In this document: positions 20,601-30,470 of the stretch, one piece after another | Position numbering within the stretch: the stretch's first letter is position 1 | Layout of the letters: each line of letters begins with the position of its first letter | Source of the DNA: Thermodesulfobacteriota bacterium | GTDB taxonomy: Bacteria > Desulfobacterota_D > UBA1144 > Nemesobacterales > UBA2774 | Assembly: GCA_965216785.1 (NCBI GenBank) | Contig: OZ244197.1 | Span: 2,944,001-3,008,000, forward strand | Direction of reading: 5' to 3' | Length of the DNA: 64,000 bases | Notes under the pieces: generated by a model | What the model saw: the letters and a program-made list of their open reading frames with translations, nothing else | Databases searched by the model: none | What the model was told of the DNA's origin: nothing | Made by a program: the position numbers and the translations under genes

Positions 20601-20821
20601 AGGGCGCCGTTATGAGGGTAAGGCCTAAAATGATGACCGTAATGTCAACCACATTGGGACTCATGCCTCTAATGTGGAGTGTGGGCACGGGCTCGGATGT
20701 GATGAAAAGGATAGCAGCGCCAATGGTAGGGGGTCTTATCACCTCAACAATACTTACGCTTTTCATAATACCGGCAGTCTATTTTATATGGCAGGGACGC
20801 AAACTTGGAGACGAACGCTAA
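17699..20821 (+). CDS. cusA: CusA/CzcA-family heavy-metal RND permease (Cu/Ag type)
   Basis: PLDAIPDLSDVQVI, EDQITYP, LGPDATGVGW, GSEFMPPLNEG, APLSMVET, WMPIQTRTEM, RVRPKMMT. Confidence 0.93.
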   Translation: MIEKIIEYSAKNKFLTIALVLFLAAWGFWAMKNTPLDAIPDLSDVQVIVFTDWPGRSPDLVEDQITYPIVTTMIAAPNVKFVRGQSFFGLSFVYVIFEDGTDIYWARSRILEYLNEVSGKLPKGVTPTLGPDATGVGWVFQYALVDKSGNNDLSELRTFQDWYLRYWLESVPGVAEVASVGGFEKQYQVEIDPNKLVAYNLALQDVINAIRRSNNDVGGRVVEFAATEYFVRGKGYIKSIEDIEMIPVNATSNGTPVYIRDIANVQIGPDIRRGLAELDGQGETVGGIVVMRYGENALKVIDGVKKKLEEIKPSLPEGVEIVTTYDRSGLIQDAIGTLKQKLFEEGLIVSIVIIIFLFHFRSAVTPILTIPLAVLMAFIPLYYMNLSSNIMSLGGIAIAIGVMVDASIVLVENVHKRLEKWQDGGEEGSRSNIVIEAMKEVGKPIFFAILVITVSFLPVFTLEAQEGRLFKPLAYTKTFSMLFSALLAVTLTPALIMLLVRGRVRAEEKNPVNRFLIKLYHPFVDFALKYKKSVIAGAAVVLLVSIIPFLRLGSEFMPPLNEGTILFMPTAVPGISITESAKILHTQDKMLKKFPEVETVFGKIGRSTSATDSAPLSMVETVVTLKPKSEWRKGMTWEKLIEEMNREMKFPGMSNIFWMPIQTRTEMLSTGFRSNLGIKVFGPDLEKIEELGLEIEKALSELPGTRSAFAERVTGGYFLDFDIDRAQAARYGLTVGDVEDVIETAIGGKNISQTVEGQERFPINVRYQRGLRGDLEELERVLVPTPGGAQVPISLLADISFTTGPPQIRNENGQKVGYVFVDVQGKDYEGYVNKAKEVIGEQIDLPPGYFLEWAGQYEYLQRVKERLKIMVPLTLVLIFLLLYMNFRSVTETLIILLSVPFALVGSVWLLYLLGYNLSIAVWVGMIALAGLAAQTGVVMIIYLDEVRDRWISEGKLKSIKDLKETIIEGAVMRVRPKMMTVMSTTLGLMPLMWSVGTGSDVMKRIAAPMVGGLITSTILTLFIIPAVYFIWQGRKLGDER

Positions 20822-20907
20822 AATTTAGTAAATATTTAAGTTTATGCATTGCAATTTGACGCCATAATAGGCTATTGTAATAGTGAGAGCAGAATTTACA
20901 AGGAGGT

Positions 20908-21465
20908 GTGGAAATGGGTTTTATTAGAACGCTTATATTCGTAATAATAATTCTAATAATCGGCGTTTTGGTCTTTATCTACTCGGGCACTTACAATGTA
21001 GCCGCTACGAATCCCGACCATTTTATCGTTGAATGGATACTAAAGACGACAAAGGATTACTCCGTAAAAAAACACTCGGAAAACATAGAGAGACCAAAGC
21101 TCAACGACGAGACCTTGGTGAAACAGGGTTATGATCACTATGAAGATATGTGCGTAGGCTGCCACGGGGCCCCGGGCAAAGACCCTGCCGAAGGATTTAA
21201 CCCGAGCCCTCCGCTGCTCTCAGATGCTGCGGAAGAGATGAGCTCCGCTGAGCTTTTTTGGATTACGAAGAACGGAATAAAAATGACCGCCATGCCGGCT
21301 TTCGGATTGTTTCACAGCGACGAAGAGATATGGTCCATAGTTGCGTTTATAAAAACTCTGCCCGATCTTACCCCAGAGACCTATGAAAAACCAAAACAAC
21401 AAAGTCAGCCTAGCTTAGAGGATTTCACTGAGGAAGATTTTACTGAAGAGGAGCATAAGCACTAA
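20908..21465 (+). CDS. Membrane-anchored monoheme cytochrome c
   Basis: N-terminal TM helix, CVGCH, GIKMTAMPAF. Confidence 0.85.
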   Translation: MEMGFIRTLIFVIIILIIGVLVFIYSGTYNVAATNPDHFIVEWILKTTKDYSVKKHSENIERPKLNDETLVKQGYDHYEDMCVGCHGAPGKDPAEGFNPSPPLLSDAAEEMSSAELFWITKNGIKMTAMPAFGLFHSDEEIWSIVAFIKTLPDLTPETYEKPKQQSQPSLEDFTEEDFTEEEHKH

Positions 21466-21519
21466 ATTTATGGCTCATTACGTGTGGTTGATCTTAATTG
21501 CTTAGGTATCATTAAAAAG

Positions 21520-23220
21520 TCAGGCAACCTCAATTCTGTCCCGCCCTTGTCTCTTTGCCCTGTAAAGCGCTTTGTCCGCAGACTCAAGAAGAGACTCAGC
21601 CGAGTTTCCGTGCTCTGAAAAAACAACAACACCCATAGATACGTTAACGGAATTGATTAAACTCCCGCGATGCCATATGCGGAGCTGTTTAATTTCTTCA
21701 CGTATCTGCTCTGCCCTGCGCCGGGTGTTTTCGAGTGATGATTCAGGCATAATGAGCACGAATTCCTCTCCCCCGTAGCGGCAGGCAATATCTTCACGCC
21801 TTACATGTTCCTTAAAAAACGAGCCCAGGCTTCTGAGAAGCGCATCTCCAGCGGCATGCCCGTAAGAATCGTTAAAGCGCTTAAAGTGATCTATATCAGC
21901 CATAATTAGCCCTAGAGGGTTCTTTTTACGAGTAACCCTGCTGAGCTCACGCTTTAATGTTTCCTCCATATAGCGTCTGTTAAAAAGACCTGTAAGAGAA
22001 TCATATACAGCCTGAGTGCCCAGTTTTTCTCGGTGTTTGAGGTTAGATATAGCAAGCCCCGAATGCTTGGCTATGGTTGAGAGTATGTACTGCTTATCTA
22101 AGCTTCCTAACTTTTCGTATTCCAATTCGTTCTTAGGCTCTCCCGCTTCTTGAATATATATGAGCCCAAGTGCTTTACTCCCCGCGGAAATAGGAGCGCA
22201 TAGATAGTTAAACGGATCTCCTTCCACTATATGTTGGCAATACAGCTCTTTACTAGAGCTAGTGCCTGAGTGTATCCTGCCCAGTCTCAACCCCCAGCAC
22301 ATCTCGGGACTAAAGGAATGCTCGCTCCTTTCCCCCTCCCCCCAGGTTACGACGTCTTGTAACAGATTAAGAGCTTCGTTTAATACAAAGAGTGCACCTG
22401 TGGTTTTGGGGAATAGTTTCAGGACGTAGTTTTTCATTATTGTATAGATGTCCTGGTCACTATTAGCGGCTTGAAGAAGCTCATCCATCTCACAGAGCAA
22501 GACAAGCTGCTTACTTTGAGTTTCTAATTTATTCACCCAGTCTGATAAATCTTTTTCGCCCAGAGACGTAGCTTGAACATACTCTTTTTCTATATCCTCT
22601 TCGATAACAGTTCTTACTGTATCTTCTGTCTCATCATGAGAAGTTTGAGGCTTACTCACAGGATCATGCTTAGTTAAGTCGATCACGGGAGCCTTAGGCT
22701 CTAGGCGGTCTTTTCTTTGCTCGAGCAGCACCATCACTTGCTTCGCTATTGTTTTAAGAAGAGAAAGCTGCTCAAAGCTAAGGTCTTTAGGCTTATACCC
22801 CAATACAGTAAGGCTTCCGATTTTACTCCCGTCTAAGTCAACTAACGGAACGCCCGCGTACAAATCTATATCGTTAATGGATCTGATTAAGGGGTTTACA
22901 CAAAGTATTTTGTCGCTTTTGGGACTGAAAACCGAAAGAAACTCCTCTGTTTCAGATACTAACAGTGAACCGAACGAGCTCTCAAGCGGAATATCCCTCT
23001 TGTTTATATCGATACCGACCGCTGACTTAATCCATTCTCTGTCTTTATCTATGAAAGTTATTAAAGCGATCGGAGTCTTGCAAACAAAAGCCGCTAGACG
23101 TGCAAGCTCATCGTATGCTTCTTCAGGCTCAGTGTCAAGAATCCTGAAGCTCAGTAAAGACCTTTCCCTATCAGTCTCCCTTCTTTCAATGTTCATATCT
23201 CTATTCTGCATACCAGTCAA
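21520..23220 (-). CDS. GAF-GAF-GGDEF diguanylate cyclase
   Basis: Two GAF-like domains, DSLTGLFNRR, DIDHFK.FND.YGH..GD, and RREDIACRYGGEEF (intact RxxD I-site and GGEEF). Confidence 0.92.
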   Translation of the reverse strand: MTGMQNRDMNIERRETDRERSLLSFRILDTEPEEAYDELARLAAFVCKTPIALITFIDKDREWIKSAVGIDINKRDIPLESSFGSLLVSETEEFLSVFSPKSDKILCVNPLIRSINDIDLYAGVPLVDLDGSKIGSLTVLGYKPKDLSFEQLSLLKTIAKQVMVLLEQRKDRLEPKAPVIDLTKHDPVSKPQTSHDETEDTVRTVIEEDIEKEYVQATSLGEKDLSDWVNKLETQSKQLVLLCEMDELLQAANSDQDIYTIMKNYVLKLFPKTTGALFVLNEALNLLQDVVTWGEGERSEHSFSPEMCWGLRLGRIHSGTSSSKELYCQHIVEGDPFNYLCAPISAGSKALGLIYIQEAGEPKNELEYEKLGSLDKQYILSTIAKHSGLAISNLKHREKLGTQAVYDSLTGLFNRRYMEETLKRELSRVTRKKNPLGLIMADIDHFKRFNDSYGHAAGDALLRSLGSFFKEHVRREDIACRYGGEEFVLIMPESSLENTRRRAEQIREEIKQLRIWHRGSLINSVNVSMGVVVFSEHGNSAESLLESADKALYRAKRQGRDRIEVA

Positions 23221-23394
23221 CGCTTAAAAAGAAGATTTACCCAGTCCCAACATGCTAGAGTTCTATTATATCATAACATTGCGGATTTTAGTCTAATATT
23301 TTAATCCCTCTTGAATCCTGACACATAAGATATGAAAGAGACGCATTATTAGATATAATATCTACAGTATATCTAAGCTTTTTACATATCTCTC

Positions 23395-23961
23395 ATGAAA
23401 TTTTTCCGCACCGCAAACAGCGTTATAGTATTCTTAATTATTTTAGTCTTTATCATTCTACTCGGATATTCCATATTCGGCAATAAGGAAGCGCCCAAAC
23501 CATCTCCGCTGATAGGAAAGGTAGCGCCTGATTTTACACTCAACTTATTTGACGGTACCGAGCTCGCACTATCGGAATTAAAGGGGAAAGCAGTGCTTGT
23601 AAATTTCTGGGCATCATGGTGCATGCCCTGCCGTCAGGAAGCCCGCGCGCTGGAGAATTCTTGGCAGAAATACAAAGACGACGGTGTTGTATTTATAGGA
23701 GTAAATGTTTGGGACGACAGCTCTAACGCCCGCAAGTATATGAATACATTCGGAGGCGCCTACCCTCACGGTGTTGACCCGGATGAAGAAATTCAGGTGG
23801 ATTACGGTGTCGGGGGCGTGCCTGAAACCTATTTTATCGATTCCTCCGGCTTCGTCAGAGATAAATTCACCGGGCCGCTTACAGAGCAAATAATAGATTA
23901 TTATGTTACAAGGACTAAAGAGCAAAGAGATAGCAATATTGAAAATGCAAATAAACAATAA
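23395..23961 (+). CDS. TlpA/CcmG-like thiol-disulfide oxidoreductase
   Basis: TM anchor, NFWASWCMPC, YGV.GVPETYFID. Confidence 0.87.
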   Translation: MKFFRTANSVIVFLIILVFIILLGYSIFGNKEAPKPSPLIGKVAPDFTLNLFDGTELALSELKGKAVLVNFWASWCMPCRQEARALENSWQKYKDDGVVFIGVNVWDDSSNARKYMNTFGGAYPHGVDPDEEIQVDYGVGGVPETYFIDSSGFVRDKFTGPLTEQIIDYYVTRTKEQRDSNIENANKQ

Positions 23962-23962
23962 T

Positions 23963-24442
23963 ATGAGATACTTTAGACTGATTATTACCTTGGCAATTTT
24001 TGGAAACCTAATAATCTTAGGGCCCTCGCACTCTCAGGAAAAGACTATTGACGATCAGGTGAACGAAATCGCAAACTCGCTATTGTGCCCGGTTTGCCAG
24101 GGTCAGAGCGTGGGGGAGAGTAATTCGAACCTTGCTAATGACATGAGGCAGGTGATCAGGAAAAAGCTACAGGAAGGACAGACTAAGGAAGAGATCATGG
24201 CATATTTCGTGAATACTTACGGCGAGACAATACTCGGATCGCCCCCGGCAAAGGGAGTGAATTGGTTTCTATGGATTTTACCGGGACTTGCAATAGTGCT
24301 TGGAATTTTCGGGATCGGAATTTTTCTTTACAAAGCAGGGTCAAACAAAGAAGAGAGCTCTATAGTTTCAGAAAAAAGCACTCTACAAAGCGACAGTGAA
24401 TACCTTGAAAAAATAGACGAAGAGCTTAAAAGCGATTCATAA
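23963..24442 (+). CDS. ccmH: Cytochrome c biogenesis protein CcmH/CycL
   Basis: LLCPVCQGQSV.ESNS.LA.DMR...YG..IL..PP...LW..P; ATG at 23963. Confidence 0.88.
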   Translation: MRYFRLIITLAIFGNLIILGPSHSQEKTIDDQVNEIANSLLCPVCQGQSVGESNSNLANDMRQVIRKKLQEGQTKEEIMAYFVNTYGETILGSPPAKGVNWFLWILPGLAIVLGIFGIGIFLYKAGSNKEESSIVSEKSTLQSDSEYLEKIDEELKSDS

Positions 24443-24458
24443 GTTTAGTTAGCGTGAT

Positions 24459-25388
24459 CTAAGAGTTAAATTGCTCTTTCGCTAGGCTTATAATTTTATT
24501 CCTATCCTCAGGCAGTCTTACCCACTTTATTTCACTATCGTTTCTAAGCCAGGTCATCTGGCGCTTTGCAAACCTTTTAGTGTCACGTTTTATATGCTCT
24601 ATGGCTTGATCAAACGAAATGTCTCCGTCCAGATATTGATTTATCTGTTTATAGCCGATTGACTGCATGGGCTTAAGCTCGCTACTATAGCCCATATCCC
24701 TAATTCTCCGCACTTCCTCGACAAACCCTCGCTCGAGCATATAGTCAACCCGCTTGTCAATCTTTTCCCTGAGCTCTTCACGATCTATTGAAATTCCGAT
24801 TTTTATATAATCATAGCTGCTCTCGCTGAAACCATGGCGATCCTGGAGCTCTGAGATTCTCTGTCCGCTCTGATAATAAACCTCAAGCGCCCGCTCAATT
24901 CTTATATAATCGTTCGAGTGTATCTTTTCTGCAGCTTGGGGGTCAACTGACTTTAGCTTGCTGTATAGATGTTCAGTGCCTAAAGACGTGTTCTCTTTTT
25001 TAAGGTCTGCGCGAATGCTAGTGTCGGTGGGGATTGCTTCAATAAGCCCGGAAAGGAGTATTTTAACATACAGATAAGTGCCGCCGGAGACAATAATGTT
25101 CTGCCGCTTTTTTTGAAGCTCTCCGATTACAGCATCCGCATGCCCTTTAAACATACCCGCATTAAATTGCTCTGCAGGATCTACAATATCCAATAGATGG
25201 TGCTCTACACTCTCTTGGTCCTCTGCTGAGGGTTTAGCGGTACCAATGTCGAAATATCTGTAGACTTGAAGAGAGTCGGCGCTCAGAATCTGGGCTTTGA
25301 GCTCATGCGCTACGTCCATGGTGAGCGCGCTCTTCCCAGAAGCTGTAGGGCCGAGTATGACAAGTAATTTAGGCTTTTTCCCGTTCAC
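24459..25388 (-). CDS. miaA: tRNA dimethylallyltransferase
   Basis: GPTASGKS, SADSLQVY..FDIGTAKP, GGTYLY, RALEV, SIGYKQ, TKRFAKRQMTW. Confidence 0.95.
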   Translation of the reverse strand: MNGKKPKLLVILGPTASGKSALTMDVAHELKAQILSADSLQVYRYFDIGTAKPSAEDQESVEHHLLDIVDPAEQFNAGMFKGHADAVIGELQKKRQNIIVSGGTYLYVKILLSGLIEAIPTDTSIRADLKKENTSLGTEHLYSKLKSVDPQAAEKIHSNDYIRIERALEVYYQSGQRISELQDRHGFSESSYDYIKIGISIDREELREKIDKRVDYMLERGFVEEVRRIRDMGYSSELKPMQSIGYKQINQYLDGDISFDQAIEHIKRDTKRFAKRQMTWLRNDSEIKWVRLPEDRNKIISLAKEQFNS

Positions 25389-25411
25389 AATTGGCTTAAA
25401 CAGGAAGGTAA

Positions 25412-25439
25412 GCCCTTGTGCGTGAAAGCGCTCAAGGGC
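25412..25439. terminator. Hairpin downstream of pnp
   Basis: GCCCTTGTGCG-TGAAAG-CGCTCAAGGGC stem between pnp and miaA. The U-tract on the coding (minus) strand is weak. Confidence 0.45.
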
Positions 25440-25446
25440 CTTTTAA

Positions 25447-27582
25447 TTAAGATCCTGTGTTGTCTCTATAATTATCTATATCTTCGTCCAGCGCCTGTTT
25501 TCTGCTGAGCCTAACTTTGCCGTCATGCTCTTTTCCAATGCACTTAACAAGCACTTCATCTTTCTCGTTTAGGATATCCGTTACTTTGTTCACCCTGTTG
25601 GGCGCAAGCTCTGAAATATGTACAAGGCCGTCTTTACCACCGCCGAGTCCGCTTCCAAGCTCGACTATTGCGCCGAAATCAAGGATCTTCTTCACGCGGC
25701 CCAGATAAATCTTTCCGACCTCGAGCTCTGAAACAATGTCCTCAACAATAGCTTGGGCTTTAGCGCAAGCCTCTGAATCAGGTGATGCGATATTAACAGT
25801 TCCGGCATCATCTATATCTATCTGCACACCGGTTAATTCCACAATCTTCTTAATGGTCTTACCACCAGAGCCGATAACGTCTTTTATCTTATTCTGGTCT
25901 ATCTGAAGCGATATGATTCTAGGTGCGTATTTAGATATATCCTCTCTTGGTGTAGACATAATTTTGTTCATTTCTTCAAGCACGTGCAGCCTGGCGCCGT
26001 TTGCCTGATCAAGAGCTTTTGTCAGTATTTCCTTGGTGACACCCGTGACTTTGATATCCATTTGAAGAGCGGTTATACCGTCTTTTGTGCCGGCTACTTT
26101 AAAATCCATATCCCCCAAATGGTCTTCGTCCCCCAGGATATCCGAGAGGATAACAAAATCATCGCCCTCTTTAATGAGCCCCATTGCAATGCCGCTTACA
26201 GGAGCTGAAATCGGCACTCCAGCGTCAAGAAGTGAGAGAGTACCTCCGCATATCGTAGCCATTGAGGACGAGCCGTTTGACTCTAGAACTTCAGAGACTA
26301 TACGTATCGTATAGGGGAAGTCTTCCCTGTCAGGCAGAACAGCCTTGATTGCCCTTTCCGCAAGGGCCCCGTGTCCTATCTCCCTTCTTCCCGGCCCCAG
26401 TCTGAAACTGGTTTCACCCACAGAGTACGGCGGGAAGTTATAGTGAAGCATGAAAGTCTTTGTGATATCACCTTCGAGCGAGTCTATCCTCTGCTGATCA
26501 AACTTGGTCCCTAGGGTTGCGGTAACAGCCGCCTGAGTTTCACCTCTGGTGAATACTGAGGAGCCATGAACCCTGGGAAGAAAACCTACTTCACCGCTTA
26601 TATCTCTTATGTCTGTGTAGCCCCTTTCATCGAGCCTTCTCTTGTCATTTACTATCATTCCCCTGACTGAATTTTTGACAAGCTCCTCGAACGGTTTTGA
26701 GATATCTATTTCTTCTCTATCAGGATACTCAGAGCTCATATATTCCTGAGTCTCTGTAAAAACATTTTTGATACGTTCTTTTCTTTCGGTTTTAGAAGCG
26801 ATGACTATCGATTCCTCGAGTTTGTCTTTTGCGAACGAGACGACTTTAGCATTAAATTCCTCATCTACTTCCGGGGGAGTCAACACTCTTTTTTCTATAT
26901 TTAAGCCGCTGATCAAATCTTCCTGAACTTTAATGAACTCCTGAATGCAGGAGTGTGCGAACATCAGGGCGTCTACGACATCATTTTCAGGAACTTCCTG
27001 CGCCCCGCCTTCAACCATTACTATGGCTTCCTTAGTCCCCGCTACGATAATATTCATATCGCTCTCTTCAAGCTCAGCTTTTGTAGGATTGCAAATGAAT
27101 TCTCCAGCGATTCTGGCCACTCTTACGGCGGCTAGAGGACCTTCGAATGGAACGTCTGAGAGCATGAGCGCTGCTGAAGCTGCTGTTACGGAAAGGACAT
27201 CAGGATCGTGGTCCGCGTCCGCAGAGAATACCGTTACAATAATCTGCGTCTGGTATGTAAAGTCTTTTGTTATAAGCGGCCTGATGGGTCTGTCAATAAG
27301 CCTTGAGGTTAAAACCTCTTTTTCATTCGGCCTTCCTTCCCTTTTGAAGAAACCGCCGGGTATTTTCCCCGCGGCAGCCGATTTTTCCTGGTAATTAACT
27401 GTAAGAGGCAGAAAATCCTCTCCTTCCGCTTTCTCAGAGGCAGCAACTACAGTTGCCAAAACCACAGTGTCTTCGTAACGGGCTAATACCGCACCATTGG
27501 CTTGTTTAGCTAGTGTTCCGGTTTCAAGCCCAAAATTTTTATTGTAAATTTGAGCTTCAACCTTTTTAGGTTGATTAATCAA
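25447..27582 (-). CDS. pnp: Polyribonucleotide nucleotidyltransferase
   Basis: AAGKIPGGFFKREGRP, SRLIDRPIRP, RREIGHG, ESNGSSSMA, EDHLGDMDFKVAG; KH and S1 domains. Confidence 0.97.
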   Translation of the reverse strand: MINQPKKVEAQIYNKNFGLETGTLAKQANGAVLARYEDTVVLATVVAASEKAEGEDFLPLTVNYQEKSAAAGKIPGGFFKREGRPNEKEVLTSRLIDRPIRPLITKDFTYQTQIIVTVFSADADHDPDVLSVTAASAALMLSDVPFEGPLAAVRVARIAGEFICNPTKAELEESDMNIIVAGTKEAIVMVEGGAQEVPENDVVDALMFAHSCIQEFIKVQEDLISGLNIEKRVLTPPEVDEEFNAKVVSFAKDKLEESIVIASKTERKERIKNVFTETQEYMSSEYPDREEIDISKPFEELVKNSVRGMIVNDKRRLDERGYTDIRDISGEVGFLPRVHGSSVFTRGETQAAVTATLGTKFDQQRIDSLEGDITKTFMLHYNFPPYSVGETSFRLGPGRREIGHGALAERAIKAVLPDREDFPYTIRIVSEVLESNGSSSMATICGGTLSLLDAGVPISAPVSGIAMGLIKEGDDFVILSDILGDEDHLGDMDFKVAGTKDGITALQMDIKVTGVTKEILTKALDQANGARLHVLEEMNKIMSTPREDISKYAPRIISLQIDQNKIKDVIGSGGKTIKKIVELTGVQIDIDDAGTVNIASPDSEACAKAQAIVEDIVSELEVGKIYLGRVKKILDFGAIVELGSGLGGGKDGLVHISELAPNRVNKVTDILNEKDEVLVKCIGKEHDGKVRLSRKQALDEDIDNYRDNTGS

Positions 27583-27601
27583 TACAATTCCTCCTTAAAC
27601 C

Positions 27602-27871
27602 CTACTTTCTAAGTCCGAGTTTTTGAATTAGGTCCGGATATGTCTCCGGCTTATTTCTTTTAATGTAATTTAATAGTCTCCTTCGCTTAGCAACCATAGA
27701 TACAAGACCCCTTCTTGAATGTACGTCTTTCGGGGCTTGCTCCATGTGCACGGAGAGATCCTTAATTCGGCGGGACAATACCGCCACCTGTACTTCAGCA
27801 GAGCCTACGTCCTTATCATGATTTGCGTACTCACTCATAAGCTCTGATTTTTCTTCTTTATCAAGTACCAT
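27602..27871 (-). CDS. rpsO: 30S ribosomal protein S15
   Basis: D.GSAEVQVA.L...I..L..H....KDVHSRRGL; conserved position before pnp. Confidence 0.96.
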   Translation of the reverse strand: MVLDKEEKSELMSEYANHDKDVGSAEVQVAVLSRRIKDLSVHMEQAPKDVHSRRGLVSMVAKRRRLLNYIKRNKPETYPDLIQKLGLRK

Positions 27872-27922
27872 TGTAAAGCCTCCTTCGACTTCCGTAAAAA
27901 GTTATATTTTCCATTATTCTCT

Positions 27923-28834
27923 TCAGTTAAATACTCTTAAAAGCTTTAGTAAAACCATTTCTCCATCAAGAGAGTTTACCTCAGTAGAATCCGCTTGTGC
28001 TTCTGTTATAGAAACCAAGTCCTGACCGGTATATATCTTAACACGGTCACCCACCTTAAAATGCGGCAACTCATCTCTATACAGATGAGACACTGTAATT
28101 TGCTTGCCGTCCCTTATTTCCTTGGCCAACGTATCCGTAATATTTAAACGAGGCAAGTGCGGTAGAGCTTCATTTATATCCCTGAAATGCCCTGAGCCTG
28201 TTTCAAGCTCTTCGAACGTGACCGCGTCATCTATAGTAAAACCTTCGCTCTTTGTCCTTCTGAGCTCTTTTAAATGACCGCCGCATCCAAGCTCTTCCGC
28301 TATGTCGGAAGCGAGCACTCTAATATAAGTGCCACGGGAACATTCTACCATAAATTTCAAATAAGGTGGACTGAACTCTAATAGCTCAATCTCTTTTACA
28401 ACTACAGTCCTCGATTTTCTTTCTACTTCTATTCCTTTACGCGCGTACTCATACAGCCTTACGCCGTCCTTCTTAATAGCTGAGTACATCGGAGGAACCT
28501 GGTTTATTTTACCCTTATATTTAGAAAATACAGCAGTAACCGTATTTTTATCTATATCCGGGACTTCGGATTCTCCAGTCACTTCGCCTGTAGCATCGAG
28601 TGTATCGGTAGAAATACCCAGCTCCAAAACACCTTCGTATTTCTTAAATCCGCCGTACATAAAGGGTATAATTTTAGTCGCCTGGTTTATGCAGATGGGC
28701 AGCACCCCGGTTGCAAAAGGATCAAGCGTGCCAGTATGGCCTGATTTCGCGATTTTCAAGATCCTGTTCACAGTACTTACAGCCTGCTGTGAAGTAATAC
28801 CCTTTGGCTTATCTAAAACAATAACACCGTTCAT
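27923..28834 (-). CDS. truB: tRNA pseudouridine(55) synthase
   Basis: LDKP.G.TS, GHTGTLDPFATGVL, QVPPMYSAIK, CSRGTYIR. Confidence 0.96.
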   Translation of the reverse strand: MNGVIVLDKPKGITSQQAVSTVNRILKIAKSGHTGTLDPFATGVLPICINQATKIIPFMYGGFKKYEGVLELGISTDTLDATGEVTGESEVPDIDKNTVTAVFSKYKGKINQVPPMYSAIKKDGVRLYEYARKGIEVERKSRTVVVKEIELLEFSPPYLKFMVECSRGTYIRVLASDIAEELGCGGHLKELRRTKSEGFTIDDAVTFEELETGSGHFRDINEALPHLPRLNITDTLAKEIRDGKQITVSHLYRDELPHFKVGDRVKIYTGQDLVSITEAQADSTEVNSLDGEMVLLKLLRVFN

Positions 28835-29817
28835 CCGAGCGCCTCATTTACATAGTCATATACTTTTCTAATTACGTCACTAAGCTCGCCCGACACATTA
28901 CATCCGGCCGCTTTTTTGTGTCCGCCTCCTCCGAAGTGCTCTGCGATCCTGGATACGTCCACATCTCCTTTGGATCTGAGACTCACCTTCCACGAGGGGG
29001 CCAGGTTACTATTTTCCTGTCTGAATAATAGAGCAACCTCAATACCCTTAATACTGCGTGGGATGTTTACCATACCCTCGGTATCTTCCCTGTCTGTTCC
29101 GGTCATCTCATACATTGAACGGTCAACATAGACCGAAGCTACACGATTATCGTTTGCCACATGCAGAGTGGGTAATACGAGCCCCAAGAGTTTAAGCTTT
29201 TTAAGAGGCTCACTTTCATACAGGGCCTGGGATATACTCTCGGGCTCAGCGCCCGCATGGACTAGCTCGGCCGCAATCCCAAAGGTTTCTGAATTAGTGT
29301 TTGAATATCTAAATGACCCGGTGTCGCCTACAATTGTGGTGTAAAGATTCTCCGCAATTGAGGAATCTATCTCTACACCGATATCTTTCAGTATGAAATA
29401 GATCAACACACCTGTTGATGAAGCATCTGGATCAAGCAGACTCAAATGCTCTTCTGAGCCTGTAGTCTGATGATGGTCTATTATTACAACTTTTGAGCAT
29501 CTCCCTGTAGAAAGAAACTCTTGAAACTCCCTGCCCGCTCTATCTGTAGTCGGACAATCGACAACAAAGCACAAATCAAAGCTGCCCTCTATTTCATCTA
29601 TTGAGCTTATGATGGAATCAGAATGCGGCAGGAACGTTAGGACATCGGATACACCGTCTTTATTGTATAAAACTACTTCTTTACCTAATTTTTTTAAACC
29701 CAGCCCGAGTGAAAGCATTGATCCCAGTGCATCGCCATCAGGATTCTCATGTGATGTTATTAATAACCTCTGAGCCCCTCTAATCGCCTCGGCAATTTCT
29801 TTTATTTTATTCCTCAC
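28831..29817 (-). CDS. nrnA: DHH/DHHA1 oligoribonuclease / pAp phosphatase NrnA
   Basis: HENPDGDALGS, IDHH, DTGSF, SLRS, GGGGH..AAG. Confidence 0.88.
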   Translation of the reverse strand: MRNKIKEIAEAIRGAQRLLITSHENPDGDALGSMLSLGLGLKKLGKEVVLYNKDGVSDVLTFLPHSDSIISSIDEIEGSFDLCFVVDCPTTDRAGREFQEFLSTGRCSKVVIIDHHQTTGSEEHLSLLDPDASSTGVLIYFILKDIGVEIDSSIAENLYTTIVGDTGSFRYSNTNSETFGIAAELVHAGAEPESISQALYESEPLKKLKLLGLVLPTLHVANDNRVASVYVDRSMYEMTGTDREDTEGMVNIPRSIKGIEVALLFRQENSNLAPSWKVSLRSKGDVDVSRIAEHFGGGGHKKAAGCNVSGELSDVIRKVYDYVNEALG

Positions 29818-30163
29818 TACTTATACCTCTTAGTATTTCATCCACTTTGTAGCCCTCTACCAGGGCGCTGTCGAAGCTGAATTTAAGCTCCGGTATCCGT
29901 CTCATTTTGAGTCTTTTCGCAAGTCTCCCTTTAATAAAACCTTTTGCGCTCTGAAGTCCTTTAAGAGCCTCATCTTTATCACCTGTATCCTCCATGACTG
30001 TAAAAAAAATCTCCGCAAGGCTGAGGTTATCCACAACTTTAATCCCCGTGATAAAAACAGAGCTTAACCTCGGGTCTTTAATCTCTCCCTTTACAATCAT
30101 CTGAGACACTTCTTTAACAATAGAATCCGCGACTCTTTCAGAGCGTTTATAGCCTGTCGTCAA
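29807..30163 (-). CDS. rbfA: Ribosome-binding factor A
   Basis: RSERVA, IKDPRL, and MRRIPELKF..D; expected synteny. Confidence 0.94.
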   Translation of the reverse strand: MTTGYKRSERVADSIVKEVSQMIVKGEIKDPRLSSVFITGIKVVDNLSLAEIFFTVMEDTGDKDEALKGLQSAKGFIKGRLAKRLKMRRIPELKFSFDSALVEGYKVDEILRGISSEE

Positions 30164-30462
30164 TTACTACTCCTAAAATGAATAATTTCAAAATCCCTCT
30201 CCCCCAGTCTTACAAGACCTGTTGAGTCTATAAACCCGGTTACCTGATCAAGGATAGAATTCACGTAAGCTGTCTCATTGCTTACAAAAGATATACCTAT
30301 TGTTGCCTTTTGCCAAAGATCGAGTGAATCTACCTCAGAGATTGAAACGTTATTGTATCTTGATTTGACTCGCTGGATTAAACCTTTAAGGATTTGTCTT
30401 TTGTCTTTCAGGGATCTGGTTCCCGTCAGATATAGCTCAATTCTTAGTATTCCTATCACCAT
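30160..30462 (-). CDS. DUF503 (YlxP) family protein
   Basis: MVIG...ELYL....SLKDKR...NVSISEV...D.WQ; lies between infB and rbfA. Confidence 0.88.
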   Translation of the reverse strand: MVIGILRIELYLTGTRSLKDKRQILKGLIQRVKSRYNNVSISEVDSLDLWQKATIGISFVSNETAYVNSILDQVTGFIDSTGLVRLGERDFEIIHFRSSN

Positions 30463-30470
30463 TTAACAAC

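Noticed and set aside
21415-21452. 15-nt duplication encoding EDFTEEDFTEE in the cytochrome c tail
   Set aside because: Short in-frame slippage in a disordered tail with no evident function.
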